Shown here: positions 27,601-37,348 of the stretch, piece after piece
Layout: every line of letters begins with the position of its first letter
Numbering within the stretch: position 1 is the first letter of the stretch
NCBI GenBank assembly: GCA_023133295.1
Contig: JAGLWT010000133.1
Location: forward strand, 5,054 to 69,053
Reading direction: 5' to 3'
From: a bacterium
GTDB taxonomy: Bacteria; AUK180
Length of the DNA: 64,000 nucleotides
Made by a program: the position numbers and the translations under genes
Notes under the pieces: model-generated
What the model saw: the letters and a program-made list of their open reading frames with translations, nothing else
Databases searched by the model: none
What the model was told of the DNA's origin: nothing

Positions 27601-29821
27601 AGTTCCCGAAAGAGTATCCACTCAGAGTATCCCATGAGAAATCAACCCGCGGCCAATAGTGATAATCATATGCCGCCGAAGAATTGGCTTCTGTATAACC
27701 GTAATTAAGGAATACCCTACGCCTTTCACTCCCATTTATGTATTGATCTATCATCAAAGGTTTACCGTACCAATCCACAGCGACTACTTCTGACAGCAAT
27801 GTCCATGAGTTGTCCTCTGTATTGAATAAGTGCTCCCTTACCGGAACTCCGGATGGATCAAATTCTTTTTTAAAATGGCTGACCAGGGAAGCACTCTGGT
27901 AAAGTTTTTTCTCTGATCGTGCAATTATATTCGTAAAAAAGCTATAAGGCAGATCTTCTACAACCCTGATGTCTTGGTAGTAATTATATTCACGTATCTT
28001 CCCAAGTGGGAGATACTCTTTACTTAAGTATCCAAGAGTATTATATTCGTACGAAAATTCCACAGGAACATCATCCATAGTCTTTGTGATCTTGACGGGC
28101 CTGTAAATTTCATCTCTATTTGAATATACGCCAGATTCGTTAAGGAAAGGAGATATAATGTTAAGTTTCTCGTATTCATAGTCAGTCTTATATCCATTTG
28201 GTAGTCGATCTCGTATCTTTAATACAAGATTATTCCATTTCCAATCAGACGGGACAAGGTAAATGTATTCCCCTCCATTTTCTTGGACATCCAAGTAATT
28301 CAGATATATCCAATGATCAATATTGCTGTGTATCAAATACCGGGATTGATAAATACGCTGATCTACAATGGCTCCATCCACTATATCATTAACAATCTTC
28401 TCAACCATGTGTAATCTCCAGTCAGGTTCATTCGAATCCTGCTGTTGATATATGTATGATATGGTTGGAGGGAAATTGTCAGCTGAAACATTATTTTCAC
28501 CGATCCTTTTAATTGATTTTAGAGATCTAAACTTAAAGTCATTGACTCTCGTTATCCAACCAGAATATTGCATGGGGTTCCAGTTGGAATTATACTCTTC
28601 AAATTCAAACCGCAATTTCTCCCCACTTGTGGAGATATAGTCCCAGTCATTTGGATCTAATCTAAATCCACAAATTTGTTCACCATACTTATAAATGAAT
28701 TCGGGATTTGAAAGAAAAGATTTTGTATATGAATTTAAAATACTAAAGCTCACAGAGCCCGTATTCGCCCCGGATAAATAATTACTCTCATAGGCAGAAT
28801 AATCCATCAATGAAGATTCAAATGACTCGCCGACAAAGAATGAAATTATGTCTGCAATGGAATCATAACTGATTAATCTATATGTCTTCCCCGATACTTC
28901 AAGAGTACTGCCACTTACATTTACCGAGTATAACGGCAAATAACTATCCCCTGCACCAGCCTCCTTTGAGTATACAGTGAATGATTCATCTCCGGGTTCA
29001 TCTTCCGAATACTTCATCATCTTTCCATTCGAAAAGTAGAATTCAGGTTTTGTCTCATTATCGGGATCATGAGGAGATGATTTACTTAAGATATTGTATG
29101 GAGACTCCTGATTAGATGTAAGGCTTAGATACTTCAGATCGTTGTCTGGAGAGTCAATGGTTTGATTATAATAATCTCTTACTATTCTTTTACAAATGGC
29201 CCAACTGCCGACATCATTTACATAACCGGATACTTCGTGGATATCAACATCCTCCTTTATATACTCACACCTTCGTGTATAATATTCATGATGAGAATGA
29301 GGATTTGCGAAATTTGCTTCATATACTCCATTTTTTTCTAATTTGAAAATCTTGACGGCTACTCCATCAATACTGAGAATCCAAGCGTGTTCATATGAGC
29401 ATTGATAATCAATTGATCCACGATACGTCATCTTGGGTGGAGCCTCGAAAGAATCGCTTTCCAGCGGCCAGTTGTTATTAATATTCTTGACTAGCTTCAA
29501 TTTAACATCCGCTGTACTTCCATCCTTCAAAGGAAATGTCTTTAGGGTACGAGAAAGAATAACATTCCCTGAAAAATCATCCACAGAGCATGAAAAATCA
29601 ACGGTGCTGTAAGTGCTTTTATCAAATGATACGGTATTGAAATAAGATGCAATATCAAAGATCCCACTATCCTCTTCATCTCCGGCGGACATTGTACGCA
29701 TTATTGTATTTGAAGCTTCATCTTTATTCAGTTCAGAAGAAAGTCTAGAATTCGTTTCAGAGAATGTCCTCATCGAAAAAAGAATACATGCTATTAAAAA
29801 GAAGAATTTGACTGATTTCAT
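24671..29821 (-). CDS. Rhs/YD-repeat polymorphic toxin with Sec signal peptide and C-terminal HExxH metallopeptidase-like domain
   Basis: Many YD repeats (YEYDIYGRL, YDYDALGNL, YSYDTLGRL). Core YHYDVLGSP, YGPFG, YTGHEYDEETNLHYANARY, YVLNNPLRYIDLDGL. Tip SHELTH...EAEARANE. Confidence 0.93.
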   Translation of the reverse strand: MKSVKFFFLIACILFSMRTFSETNSRLSSELNKDEASNTIMRTMSAGDEEDSGIFDIASYFNTVSFDKSTYSTVDFSCSVDDFSGNVILSRTLKTFPLKDGSTADVKLKLVKNINNNWPLESDSFEAPPKMTYRGSIDYQCSYEHAWILSIDGVAVKIFKLEKNGVYEANFANPHSHHEYYTRRCEYIKEDVDIHEVSGYVNDVGSWAICKRIVRDYYNQTIDSPDNDLKYLSLTSNQESPYNILSKSSPHDPDNETKPEFYFSNGKMMKYSEDEPGDESFTVYSKEAGAGDSYLPLYSVNVSGSTLEVSGKTYRLISYDSIADIISFFVGESFESSLMDYSAYESNYLSGANTGSVSFSILNSYTKSFLSNPEFIYKYGEQICGFRLDPNDWDYISTSGEKLRFEFEEYNSNWNPMQYSGWITRVNDFKFRSLKSIKRIGENNVSADNFPPTISYIYQQQDSNEPDWRLHMVEKIVNDIVDGAIVDQRIYQSRYLIHSNIDHWIYLNYLDVQENGGEYIYLVPSDWKWNNLVLKIRDRLPNGYKTDYEYEKLNIISPFLNESGVYSNRDEIYRPVKITKTMDDVPVEFSYEYNTLGYLSKEYLPLGKIREYNYYQDIRVVEDLPYSFFTNIIARSEKKLYQSASLVSHFKKEFDPSGVPVREHLFNTEDNSWTLLSEVVAVDWYGKPLMIDQYINGSERRRVFLNYGYTEANSSAAYDYHYWPRVDFSWDTLSGYSFGNSLLTGVKVDSNKYVDGEIDGAYTLMAFADYNDELFLETYIDPMGRNTAYEYDIYGRLTKVGKQDLPQSLYGYDDTLRTITASTEYLDGAVVANAKYHFDSFFRIEKEWQFFDKNGNTALDPSEFFETRYEYNDFDNLIRKISPSGISTEFKYDQIDRVIETRLSKDGDIRISKSEHLYFNNENGVFRSEKIWSPKADKSGDPNMEYLYDVEDGLIMVKEYNDAAIYETSYDYDALGNLTLVTDSRGNQSQFQYNYLSQLVNKIESDGSWEEYENNLAGNVLGYQNSAQVAKNYSYDTLGRLGKIESSISQITQNIKTINYDLMGNVLKETDDLNGNTYTYEYDGLDRITKKTIDLNGNMMSFTYGYDNNRNRLNNLWYDFENDGILDQKSGFAYEEFSGKLKSGFSESLGGLRIPLFSVENHFDTFGRLSSCTVTKYPTGISETTEYAYSPLNEILKIDIMNLGNNNIIYTNSYEYDKNGNRIKLIDEDNIETEYGYDRLGRLNNVTGPMYSWFNDDKTPFNTEYNYDSTGNRLSYQSPFHTHSYNIAHTSNRLLSWVDNVKKRHNYTYDDFSNIIRKETLGNDTLQNSVDFVYNEDNRIVKATMRKETGVEKAATLELNYQYDFRGLRVYKLKQLINGEKTEGFYFRGMNGKVLAELEAGDREVNYYFGNKKIMKKDKNGTHYYHYDVLGSPVVVTDTMGSIENTYKYGPFGNIIKAKEKYKNKDGYTGHEYDEETNLHYANARYLDQRIGRWMSKDRASLNLKNPQSLNRWIYVLNNPLRYIDLDGLREYLVYSLYRDYADIYLSDNTVELALTGESSIGEIFDSNSKMLGQTDFTAQVNTEGEIVFDFYIFTLQKEMKSTASHELTHVIQFIKYLEEYENQIFRIIQDIQARDDLSDEEKRAEITKEMRNIFGRYYLDNMEGLEAEARANESENTHHYKKYVKEIEGLVNIQLDDPQNPVIIDSDEFYEERDE

Positions 29822-30411
29822 TCTGCAACCCCTTCCAAGAGGAATTCAATCCGGTTCATGTTGAAGCTCGCTGTCCTTATAAACCGATATTCCGGATAAT
29901 TTTCCACTATCTCTTGATAGATTGCGTGCGCTGCTTTTAGATTACCGATATTTTCATAGGATTTAGCTTTATTGTGTTTGACTTCGGCAATATATTTGCT
30001 GCCGGGATATGCTGCTTCAAAGGCTTGATACTCTGAAATTGCTTCTGAATATCTAAGTGCAAAGAAGTAGCAATCGGCTACCCATTTCGCTGCTGTATCA
30101 GCGGTGGCTAAGATATTACAATTCGCCGCCTGTCTAAATGTATTAATTGCCTTCTCGATGGGATATTGCCTGAATTGTACTTTTAAGGCATTTTCCTTGT
30201 CCCAAAGATAGTAAAGGGCAATTCCTTTCTCTAGAAGAATCTCTGACATTGAATCCCCTGAAGATGAAATAAGGAGCTCGCACATGGAGACCGCCTCTTC
30301 AAATTTCCCTTTTGAGATGAGTTCTTTAACATCTGCAAGGCTCGTGTCAGCTGATACAATGCCGCAGAATAAAACAAAGATACAAATAATATATGTAAAT
30401 CGTTTTTTCAT
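29818..30411 (-). CDS. Secreted tetratricopeptide-repeat protein (BamD/YbgF-like repeats)
   Basis: Signal peptide. YSEAISEYQAFEAAYPGSKY and AHAIYQEIVENYPE TPR patterns. 4-nt ATGA overlaps with both neighbours. Confidence 0.85.
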   Translation of the reverse strand: MKKRFTYIICIFVLFCGIVSADTSLADVKELISKGKFEEAVSMCELLISSSGDSMSEILLEKGIALYYLWDKENALKVQFRQYPIEKAINTFRQAANCNILATADTAAKWVADCYFFALRYSEAISEYQAFEAAYPGSKYIAEVKHNKAKSYENIGNLKAAHAIYQEIVENYPEYRFIRTASFNMNRIEFLLEGVAE

Positions 30412-33400
30412 TTTGTCACCTCCTTGTACATGGATTCATAATAAAGAAGAAGTCCATCAAGAAGCCTTCTGCTCCTATCGGTATCAATATCTTCGATTGC
30501 GACAAGGTTGTTGATGGTTTTTACAATATCCAGTATTGCCTTGTCAAGCTCTTCAATGTTCACAAAAGAGTCATCTAAGCCCTCAAATGTTTTTATTGCT
30601 TTTCTGATCCGGTTTGAATATTCAGTCTCGATTGAGATTTCGTATAATATCTCGGAAATAGCGGCTTTTATTTCTGAAATGTCCATTGCCATATAGATTG
30701 TCCTTTCAATCTCTTCCGTGTCAAACCAGATAACTGTGGCTTTGTAGGATGTTCTAGTGATAAAATTAAGCTCTCCCGAATAATCAGGCAGTCTTATTAA
30801 ATACTTCACGGTAACTTCCTTTTTTCCCTCTGGGAATTCAAAAGTGATAGAACCGTCTTCCACCACCCCTCCGTCATACACCTTAATAATTTCGACATTT
30901 TCTGGTAATATCTCAGTGATCCTAATAGGCACGGTAATATCCGCGATAACTTTGGTTTCAAGGGCGATTACCATCCCCGGAAGGTGTTCCTCTGGAATTC
31001 CGGGGGTTATCGCCCTGATATTGTCTGAAACGATCTCGGAAAGGTTGACATTTACTGCATTATACAATAGATCAAAACCATAGTATGCTGTCTTTCCCCA
31101 TCCATAGGGATTCAGTGTAATCACCGGTGAAGCAGGATTATTCGAAACAGATATAGTTCCAACAGAGACTAAATTAGAAGAAATGCCAAGCAGTTCAAGT
31201 CTTTGAACCCAACCCTCGATTGGGATGATTCCCGCGCTGCTTATACTCGTATCAGTTATGTCAATGAAATAATCATTTTCTGGATATTCCCCTATGGATT
31301 TCAAATTGAACATCCCAGGAGAACCCCCTTCAGAAATCATATGGATATATCCCGAAGATATCAGCCCAAAGCCACTGTAAACATGCTCCCGCATTTCTTC
31401 TGCGGTATGTCCGGGAAGATTATCATCTTTCTCATTGATCCAATAGACATTAAACCGGCCTGTTCTCATTTCATCAACAAAGTCGTTTATATTGTCAACT
31501 ATCGCATGGTCCGCAAGATTATTAAGCAGCATAAAATTATCAAGGTCCTGAGCCCCCTCACCATTGAGAATAAGTACCCTTTCAAAAGCAGTTCCATTAA
31601 CCGAAGTTTCAACTGCGGGGGCTAGGATTACCTCTTTGATATATACTTCGCTCTCATTGTCAACATTGTCTGTCGTCTTATACGAAATGATATACCTACC
31701 CGGTGCACTGAAAGGAAGCGTAAATGCATCTAAATAGTTCATCCAACCAGTATCATTCTGATCTGATACGCTTTCGATCCTGTATTGATAGTATTTCACT
31801 CCACTTTGACTATCGCTTCCCGAAAAAGTGAAAAAAGTTCCAAGATATACCAGAGTATTATTCTCGATTTGCCTAAAGGGAGAGTATGCCAAACTCACAT
31901 GTGGAGCTGTTTGATCTACAATGAACATTTGAGTTTCAGATATTTCCCTATTACATGCAGAATCGATACTTAAAAATGATAGAGTTATATCACTCTGGTC
32001 AAACTCTGATCCAGAAATAGCAGAAGTGTATTCGAGTGATTCAGAATTGTTAATGGAGTACTCGATTTTGTTCACACCAGATTGATAGAGGCCGCTATCG
32101 AAAGCACTTATAGAGATATTGGAATCCTCTGATATATATGTTAACCCATTATTTATATACTGGCTTCCTTCAATGTCAATATTAGAAATCGGTGCTACGG
32201 TATCGATCATAAATTGAGAATAATAGAACTCGCTTTGAAGTCCTTCTACATCAGTCCCCTGTAATTTAAATGCGTATAACCCATCGGGTAGTGTTTCGCC
32301 GATGTTTGAGCTTGCATCCCATATATGTGAAGATATGCCATCAACATTTGAATAGAATTGTGTCTTAAATACTTCTTCGCCGGAGTCACTTATCACGGCA
32401 AGGTCAATCAATGAAAATTCTGAAACGGAAAAAGTGATTTCAATAAAATCAAGGCAGTTATTGGAATCAGGACTGAGATAATAAGAACTTATACTTAAAT
32501 CAGCAATCTCGGGTTGAGTATAATCGCCAAAGTATCCTGAAAGAACATAGTATCCTTCAAGCGATTGTATTTCTACTGTTAATACATTGCTCACCGTGTC
32601 TCTATGGACCCTGGTTTCGTCCGGCTGGGCAACATGCCACATATTTGAGTCGGTATTGTATGCCCATACCTGCAGCTTACTTTCATCTAGCCCCTGAACC
32701 TTCTCATCAGAATAGGTAAAGGCAATTTCAATAAAATCGGTGAAATACTCTTGACCTGAAAGAAGTCTAATATCGTACACATTTGATAAAATCGGTTCGA
32801 TGTCATCTTGATTGGTCCCTTCTGATGGAATACTCTGCTGGGGAACAGAACTTATCATCAAAGTGTCAAATGTTGAAAGAATATCATTCTCGTTAACAGT
32901 GGCTATAACATTGCTTTCAATATTTTCGACATTACCAGGAACATTTCCTGCGATATTCTGACATTCGGAATATTCGGTTAGTGAGATTATGTTTAAATCA
33001 GCTCTGTTTTCAGAAATATATTGCGAGATGATTATTTTGTTTTCCGAATATGAATAAAATGGGAATGACGGAATGCCATTAGAGTCGGAAACTGAAAGAA
33101 TATTATTGGCGAAAAGGTCGTCCTCCCCACCCATTGAATCTACTCTCCCCAAAGAGATATTCATGTAATCGGGGGTTCCAGGTAATAATTTGGGTTGGGT
33201 ATTTCCAAAGGGATCTTCTCTCAAAGAAAATGCAAATCTACAATCAGTACCCTCAATGAAATTCCCACCGGAATAATAAATATACCTGCTATTATTATCC
33301 CAATCCATAAGCATCACAGAGTCGTAGTTGGAATTTGGGAACCTAGTTAACTCAATAGTTTGAGCATATTCCCCATAAGGGTCTAAATAAGCCACTTTTA

Positions 33401-35771
33401 CTCCAAGGGAAAAAGAATCAGCATCCAAAAAAGCTATTGCACTTGAATCATGTGAAATAACCGGTTGCCAACAAGTATTAATGCATTCTATCGTTGAATA
33501 CTCATCTATATAATACTGGTTTTGTGACCCATCAGGCATTATCAATATTTGAATTCTGTTACTAGGTTCAGCTATCGAGTCTCTAGCAGTTCCATGAAAG
33601 GCTAATAATGTACCGTCATCACTCCAGTCAATTCCATATATATATCCGAATATTTCAAATTGCCAAATAGTACTAGCGCTATTGACATCGTAGCATTTAA
33701 TGACGGTTTTATTTTCATCATTGCGGTAAATGTATGCCAAGGTATCTGAATTTCCCGCCCAAACGAAATCATCCCCCCATACTATATCGGGAAGAATTGA
33801 AATATTAGAGTTTTCTGTATCTACAATATGAATGTTGAAGCTCCTTAAAAATGCTACATATTTCCCTGACTTGGATATTTTATTAAACTTTGTAGGGCTG
33901 GGGTTCCACGAAGAATAAGGAGGTAATACAGAAGGTCTGGGGATACTGGAGACGAGTTGATAATAATTCGTACCATCGGTATTTAATCGATAAATACCAG
34001 AGTTTTCACTTAAATCATACGGACAAGTATTTCCCGGAATTTGAGCTACACTACATTTACATCCTCCTGAATATTCAAAATAATACAGCTGCGAACCCTT
34101 AATGAATGGCTGAAATGCGTAGGAATTTGATTCGAATTCCACGCGCTCAATACCTGAAATCGCAACTTTAGTTCCGGTTTCAATTTTAAATCTACCCGAC
34201 AAAGACTTTGAAGCAATTGAATAAATGTCTACAACATCAATATGGTAAAAGTATTCGCCATCCGGATAAATATTTCCATATTGATCACGCCCATCCCAAC
34301 TGATAACAACCTCATCTGAAGAAACAACTTCAGAGAATACAATTGTCCCATCTATATTTTTGATCTTAAAAATCCATGGGGATATCAGAGTTAAGTTCCC
34401 AACGCATGCGTCAAAATTAATCATTTCATTACAATTATCATCATTTGGAGAAAGAACATCACTTGAGACTACAATATTGACATCAATTGTGTTAATCTCA
34501 ATTTCTTTCACTTGACTGGCCAACATATTCCCTTGAAGATCCTCATATATAATTTCAATCAGATATTCACCTTCTGGAATAGTTTCTGTGGTAATAGTAC
34601 CTTCCAGCAAATAATCATTAAATGGTTTCGCGGAAAAACTTGAATAATATGTCTCGATAACAATTCCATTCAGATCCTTTAAGTGTATTTGTAACCTCGC
34701 CTCACTCTTTGAATAAAAAGAAGTGGAAAAAGTAATCTCGGCATATTTATGGGAATAATAATTTCTATTGAGCTCGAATTTAATTATTCTGAATGAATCA
34801 GATGGAACATGGTGAAATTCCCCTGCAATAGACCTCTCATTGTTGGAAATTTCGTAAATTTTTGAGTTATTATTAGTGTATATTGGTGTAGTTCCCAAGT
34901 GACTTGTTGAAAGAAATGGAGATGAAAATACATCGTCCAAACTTGACCAAATACTCTTATCAAGACCCATTTGCCAAATAGCGGAAGAAACACTGCTAAC
35001 ATCAGTAAAAGTAGGCCCGTTATATGCGATCAATTCAAATTGCCCCTGATTATTAACAAAAATCTCTGTTTGAAAATTCTCAGTAATAACTGAAATATCC
35101 TTATTTCCATCGCCATTGTAATCAAATACACCTGTTATTTCCTTTATACTACTGTTTAAATCCTGATCAAGATCCGAATTACAATTGAAACCAGTGGATG
35201 AGCTGCTGTATATGGTCAGGTTCCCTGTTTGGGAAAGAAATAAGAGCCAATAACTTGTATCGCCAGAAAAAAGACCAATGGTGGATTCCACACTTGGATT
35301 TAAAATAGGAATATCAATTTCCTGCACTATGCAAGGGTTAAGAATATCTTCATATACCTGAAACTTAGATCCCGACAAAAATCCAAATTCCAACCTTTGA
35401 TTATTGTTATAGTCGTCAAATAACTGTATATCCGAATCTACTGATTGAACGCCTGCCAACAACATTTGGAATATGAGGTCAAAATCATCGTCAAGAACAT
35501 TGTAATAATACTTGCCCTCGCAATTTGATAAAAAAATGATCTCAAATTCGTCATTTTCTTCTACTATTTCTAAATTTGATATGATTTGTTCTCCGTAACG
35601 AGTCAAATATGTGCCTAATAAGTACATATCTTTAAATCCAATAACGCTTCCCTGGCCTTCTTCCACACAGAAAACATAGTCCTGATATTGAACGGGAGCC
35701 CACTTAATATGCGCATAACTTGTTAATGCAATAATACACATCACCATTATAAAGGCCTTTTTCATGAGCAT
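30408..35771 (-). CDS. Giant secreted multidomain protein (FG-GAP-like, two FlgD-Ig-like units, TolB-like propeller, Ig-like domains, C-terminal helical domain)
   Basis: Signal peptide. FDYNGDGNKDI; LSPNDDNCNE..WDGRDQYGNIYPDGEY; LSPDSNNCLD..WDASSNIGETLPDGLY; DWSDDGTLLAF; DTVAP/DQTAP Ig linkers. Confidence 0.8.
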   Translation of the reverse strand: MLMKKAFIMVMCIIALTSYAHIKWAPVQYQDYVFCVEEGQGSVIGFKDMYLLGTYLTRYGEQIISNLEIVEENDEFEIIFLSNCEGKYYYNVLDDDFDLIFQMLLAGVQSVDSDIQLFDDYNNNQRLEFGFLSGSKFQVYEDILNPCIVQEIDIPILNPSVESTIGLFSGDTSYWLLFLSQTGNLTIYSSSSTGFNCNSDLDQDLNSSIKEITGVFDYNGDGNKDISVITENFQTEIFVNNQGQFELIAYNGPTFTDVSSVSSAIWQMGLDKSIWSSLDDVFSSPFLSTSHLGTTPIYTNNNSKIYEISNNERSIAGEFHHVPSDSFRIIKFELNRNYYSHKYAEITFSTSFYSKSEARLQIHLKDLNGIVIETYYSSFSAKPFNDYLLEGTITTETIPEGEYLIEIIYEDLQGNMLASQVKEIEINTIDVNIVVSSDVLSPNDDNCNEMINFDACVGNLTLISPWIFKIKNIDGTIVFSEVVSSDEVVISWDGRDQYGNIYPDGEYFYHIDVVDIYSIASKSLSGRFKIETGTKVAISGIERVEFESNSYAFQPFIKGSQLYYFEYSGGCKCSVAQIPGNTCPYDLSENSGIYRLNTDGTNYYQLVSSIPRPSVLPPYSSWNPSPTKFNKISKSGKYVAFLRSFNIHIVDTENSNISILPDIVWGDDFVWAGNSDTLAYIYRNDENKTVIKCYDVNSASTIWQFEIFGYIYGIDWSDDGTLLAFHGTARDSIAEPSNRIQILIMPDGSQNQYYIDEYSTIECINTCWQPVISHDSSAIAFLDADSFSLGVKVAYLDPYGEYAQTIELTRFPNSNYDSVMLMDWDNNSRYIYYSGGNFIEGTDCRFAFSLREDPFGNTQPKLLPGTPDYMNISLGRVDSMGGEDDLFANNILSVSDSNGIPSFPFYSYSENKIIISQYISENRADLNIISLTEYSECQNIAGNVPGNVENIESNVIATVNENDILSTFDTLMISSVPQQSIPSEGTNQDDIEPILSNVYDIRLLSGQEYFTDFIEIAFTYSDEKVQGLDESKLQVWAYNTDSNMWHVAQPDETRVHRDTVSNVLTVEIQSLEGYYVLSGYFGDYTQPEIADLSISSYYLSPDSNNCLDFIEITFSVSEFSLIDLAVISDSGEEVFKTQFYSNVDGISSHIWDASSNIGETLPDGLYAFKLQGTDVEGLQSEFYYSQFMIDTVAPISNIDIEGSQYINNGLTYISEDSNISISAFDSGLYQSGVNKIEYSINNSESLEYTSAISGSEFDQSDITLSFLSIDSACNREISETQMFIVDQTAPHVSLAYSPFRQIENNTLVYLGTFFTFSGSDSQSGVKYYQYRIESVSDQNDTGWMNYLDAFTLPFSAPGRYIISYKTTDNVDNESEVYIKEVILAPAVETSVNGTAFERVLILNGEGAQDLDNFMLLNNLADHAIVDNINDFVDEMRTGRFNVYWINEKDDNLPGHTAEEMREHVYSGFGLISSGYIHMISEGGSPGMFNLKSIGEYPENDYFIDITDTSISSAGIIPIEGWVQRLELLGISSNLVSVGTISVSNNPASPVITLNPYGWGKTAYYGFDLLYNAVNVNLSEIVSDNIRAITPGIPEEHLPGMVIALETKVIADITVPIRITEILPENVEIIKVYDGGVVEDGSITFEFPEGKKEVTVKYLIRLPDYSGELNFITRTSYKATVIWFDTEEIERTIYMAMDISEIKAAISEILYEISIETEYSNRIRKAIKTFEGLDDSFVNIEELDKAILDIVKTINNLVAIEDIDTDRSRRLLDGLLLYYESMYKEVTK

Positions 35772-36250
35772 ATCTCCTTTCTTGTGATTATGATATAATC
35801 CCGAAATAGAATCATTTCATCCCCTTGCCAGCTATATCGGAAGTTTATCTTTTCTCTCAATAATCCCTATTGGACATGATGCAAAGCCTTGTTGCGACTA
35901 CACATTTTAAAATTAAAAAGCTATCACATAACGAAAGCGTTTCATGCAGGAGCAGCCTTGAAGGTTGAAATCATCAATTGCATTCTTCGGTTACCCTTCC
36001 TTTGTGAGGAATTCTCTAACTAATTGTAATAGAAATATGCCAAAATGTCAAGTATATGATTATACCTCTTAGCCCATGTGGCATGTCGCGGTGATGGGGA
36101 GAAAGAGGAGATACTACACATTCAAAAAATGCAGTACTGAGTACAAAGGTGAGGTTATAAAGCAACCGATAAGCTGTTATTTCGTACACCCTTTTAATAT
36201 AGTTCTCTTTTCTTTCATTTTTCGTAAATATTTGGTAAAATCTTTAGACA

Positions 36251-37348
36251 ATGAGCAGATACTTTTTTAAACGGCTGAGGGATGAGTTCAGAAGACGCCT
36301 GCCCTTTGACCGTGCCTTATTAAAAGGCTACTCACTTCCTCCACTTAGAATAGACATTGAGCTTACGCACAATTGCAATTTGAAGTGCACGATGTGCTCA
36401 TTTGTGGATGGAAATGAGATCAATAAATATTTCTCAAATCCCAAGAGATCAAAGCATGAGTCAGCTGAGGAATTCCCCTCTATTAAAAGGTGGAAGAGAT
36501 TCATAGACGATATCTCTTCTTTCAACCCGACAATCAACCTTTCAGGCGGAGAGCCCCTGATCTACCCCCATCTATGGGAATTGTTGGATCTTCTGAAAGA
36601 AAAAAGATTTATTACCACGATGACAACCAATGCCTCTCTGATAACCGAAGATGTTGCGGAGAAATTGATCCGCTCAGATATCGATGCTTTGGTCATTTCT
36701 ATCGACGGCGATCGTGAAACACATGACAGGATAAGGGGCGTTGACGGTAGTTTTGACAAAGCCTTGCAAGGTATCAAAAATATTAAAGCGGTAAAGACGG
36801 CGCTGGCTTCCAAAACTCCGCGACTTGTTATCAATTCCACTATCTCGTGGGAGAACTACTCCGACCTATCCTTTGTAAAGAAGCTTTTTGCTGAAATACG
36901 GCCTTATAAATGGAATATATCTCATTTATTCCTGGGTAATGGCGATATGGCTTTGAAAGACCTCTCGGTCTTATATAATGAACGCGATGACATCAAGCCC
37001 TTAAAAGATATCTACGGCAGAATAGATACCGCTGCGCTTGGCAAAGAGATACGGGTACTAAGGTCAGCATCCCTGCCCATCTCATTTCTTCCATCTATTG
37101 AGGGCGAAAAATTGAAAACCTTCTATGAGGACCCCGCAAAGACCCTGCGAAATAAATGTTCATATCCATATTTCTCAGTGGGGATACAAGGTGACGGGAC
37201 CATTATCACTTGTATGTACACACCGATGGGAACAATAGATGATGATTTCAGAAGTATTTGGAATTCCGACCGTTATAAAGAATTCCGGCAAATGCTGAAC
37301 GGGAAACTCTTTTCAAAATGTTCGAGGTGCTGCGGGCTATATGAATAG
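36251..37348 (+). CDS. Radical SAM protein with SPASM/twitch domain
   Basis: CNLKCTMC, LSGGEP, SIDG..THD.IRG, C-terminal CSYPY..C..CSRCC. Confidence 0.92.
   Translation: MSRYFFKRLRDEFRRRLPFDRALLKGYSLPPLRIDIELTHNCNLKCTMCSFVDGNEINKYFSNPKRSKHESAEEFPSIKRWKRFIDDISSFNPTINLSGGEPLIYPHLWELLDLLKEKRFITTMTTNASLITEDVAEKLIRSDIDALVISIDGDRETHDRIRGVDGSFDKALQGIKNIKAVKTALASKTPRLVINSTISWENYSDLSFVKKLFAEIRPYKWNISHLFLGNGDMALKDLSVLYNERDDIKPLKDIYGRIDTAALGKEIRVLRSASLPISFLPSIEGEKLKTFYEDPAKTLRNKCSYPYFSVGIQGDGTIITCMYTPMGTIDDDFRSIWNSDRYKEFRQMLNGKLFSKCSRCCGLYE

Noticed and set aside
35780-36250. Riboswitch (GCAAAGCC, c-di-GMP-I-like) or sigma-54 promoter upstream of the Rhs operon
   Set aside because: Only isolated words match. 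The P1/P2 architecture and a correctly spaced GG-N10-GC element were not found; an Rfam scan would settle it.
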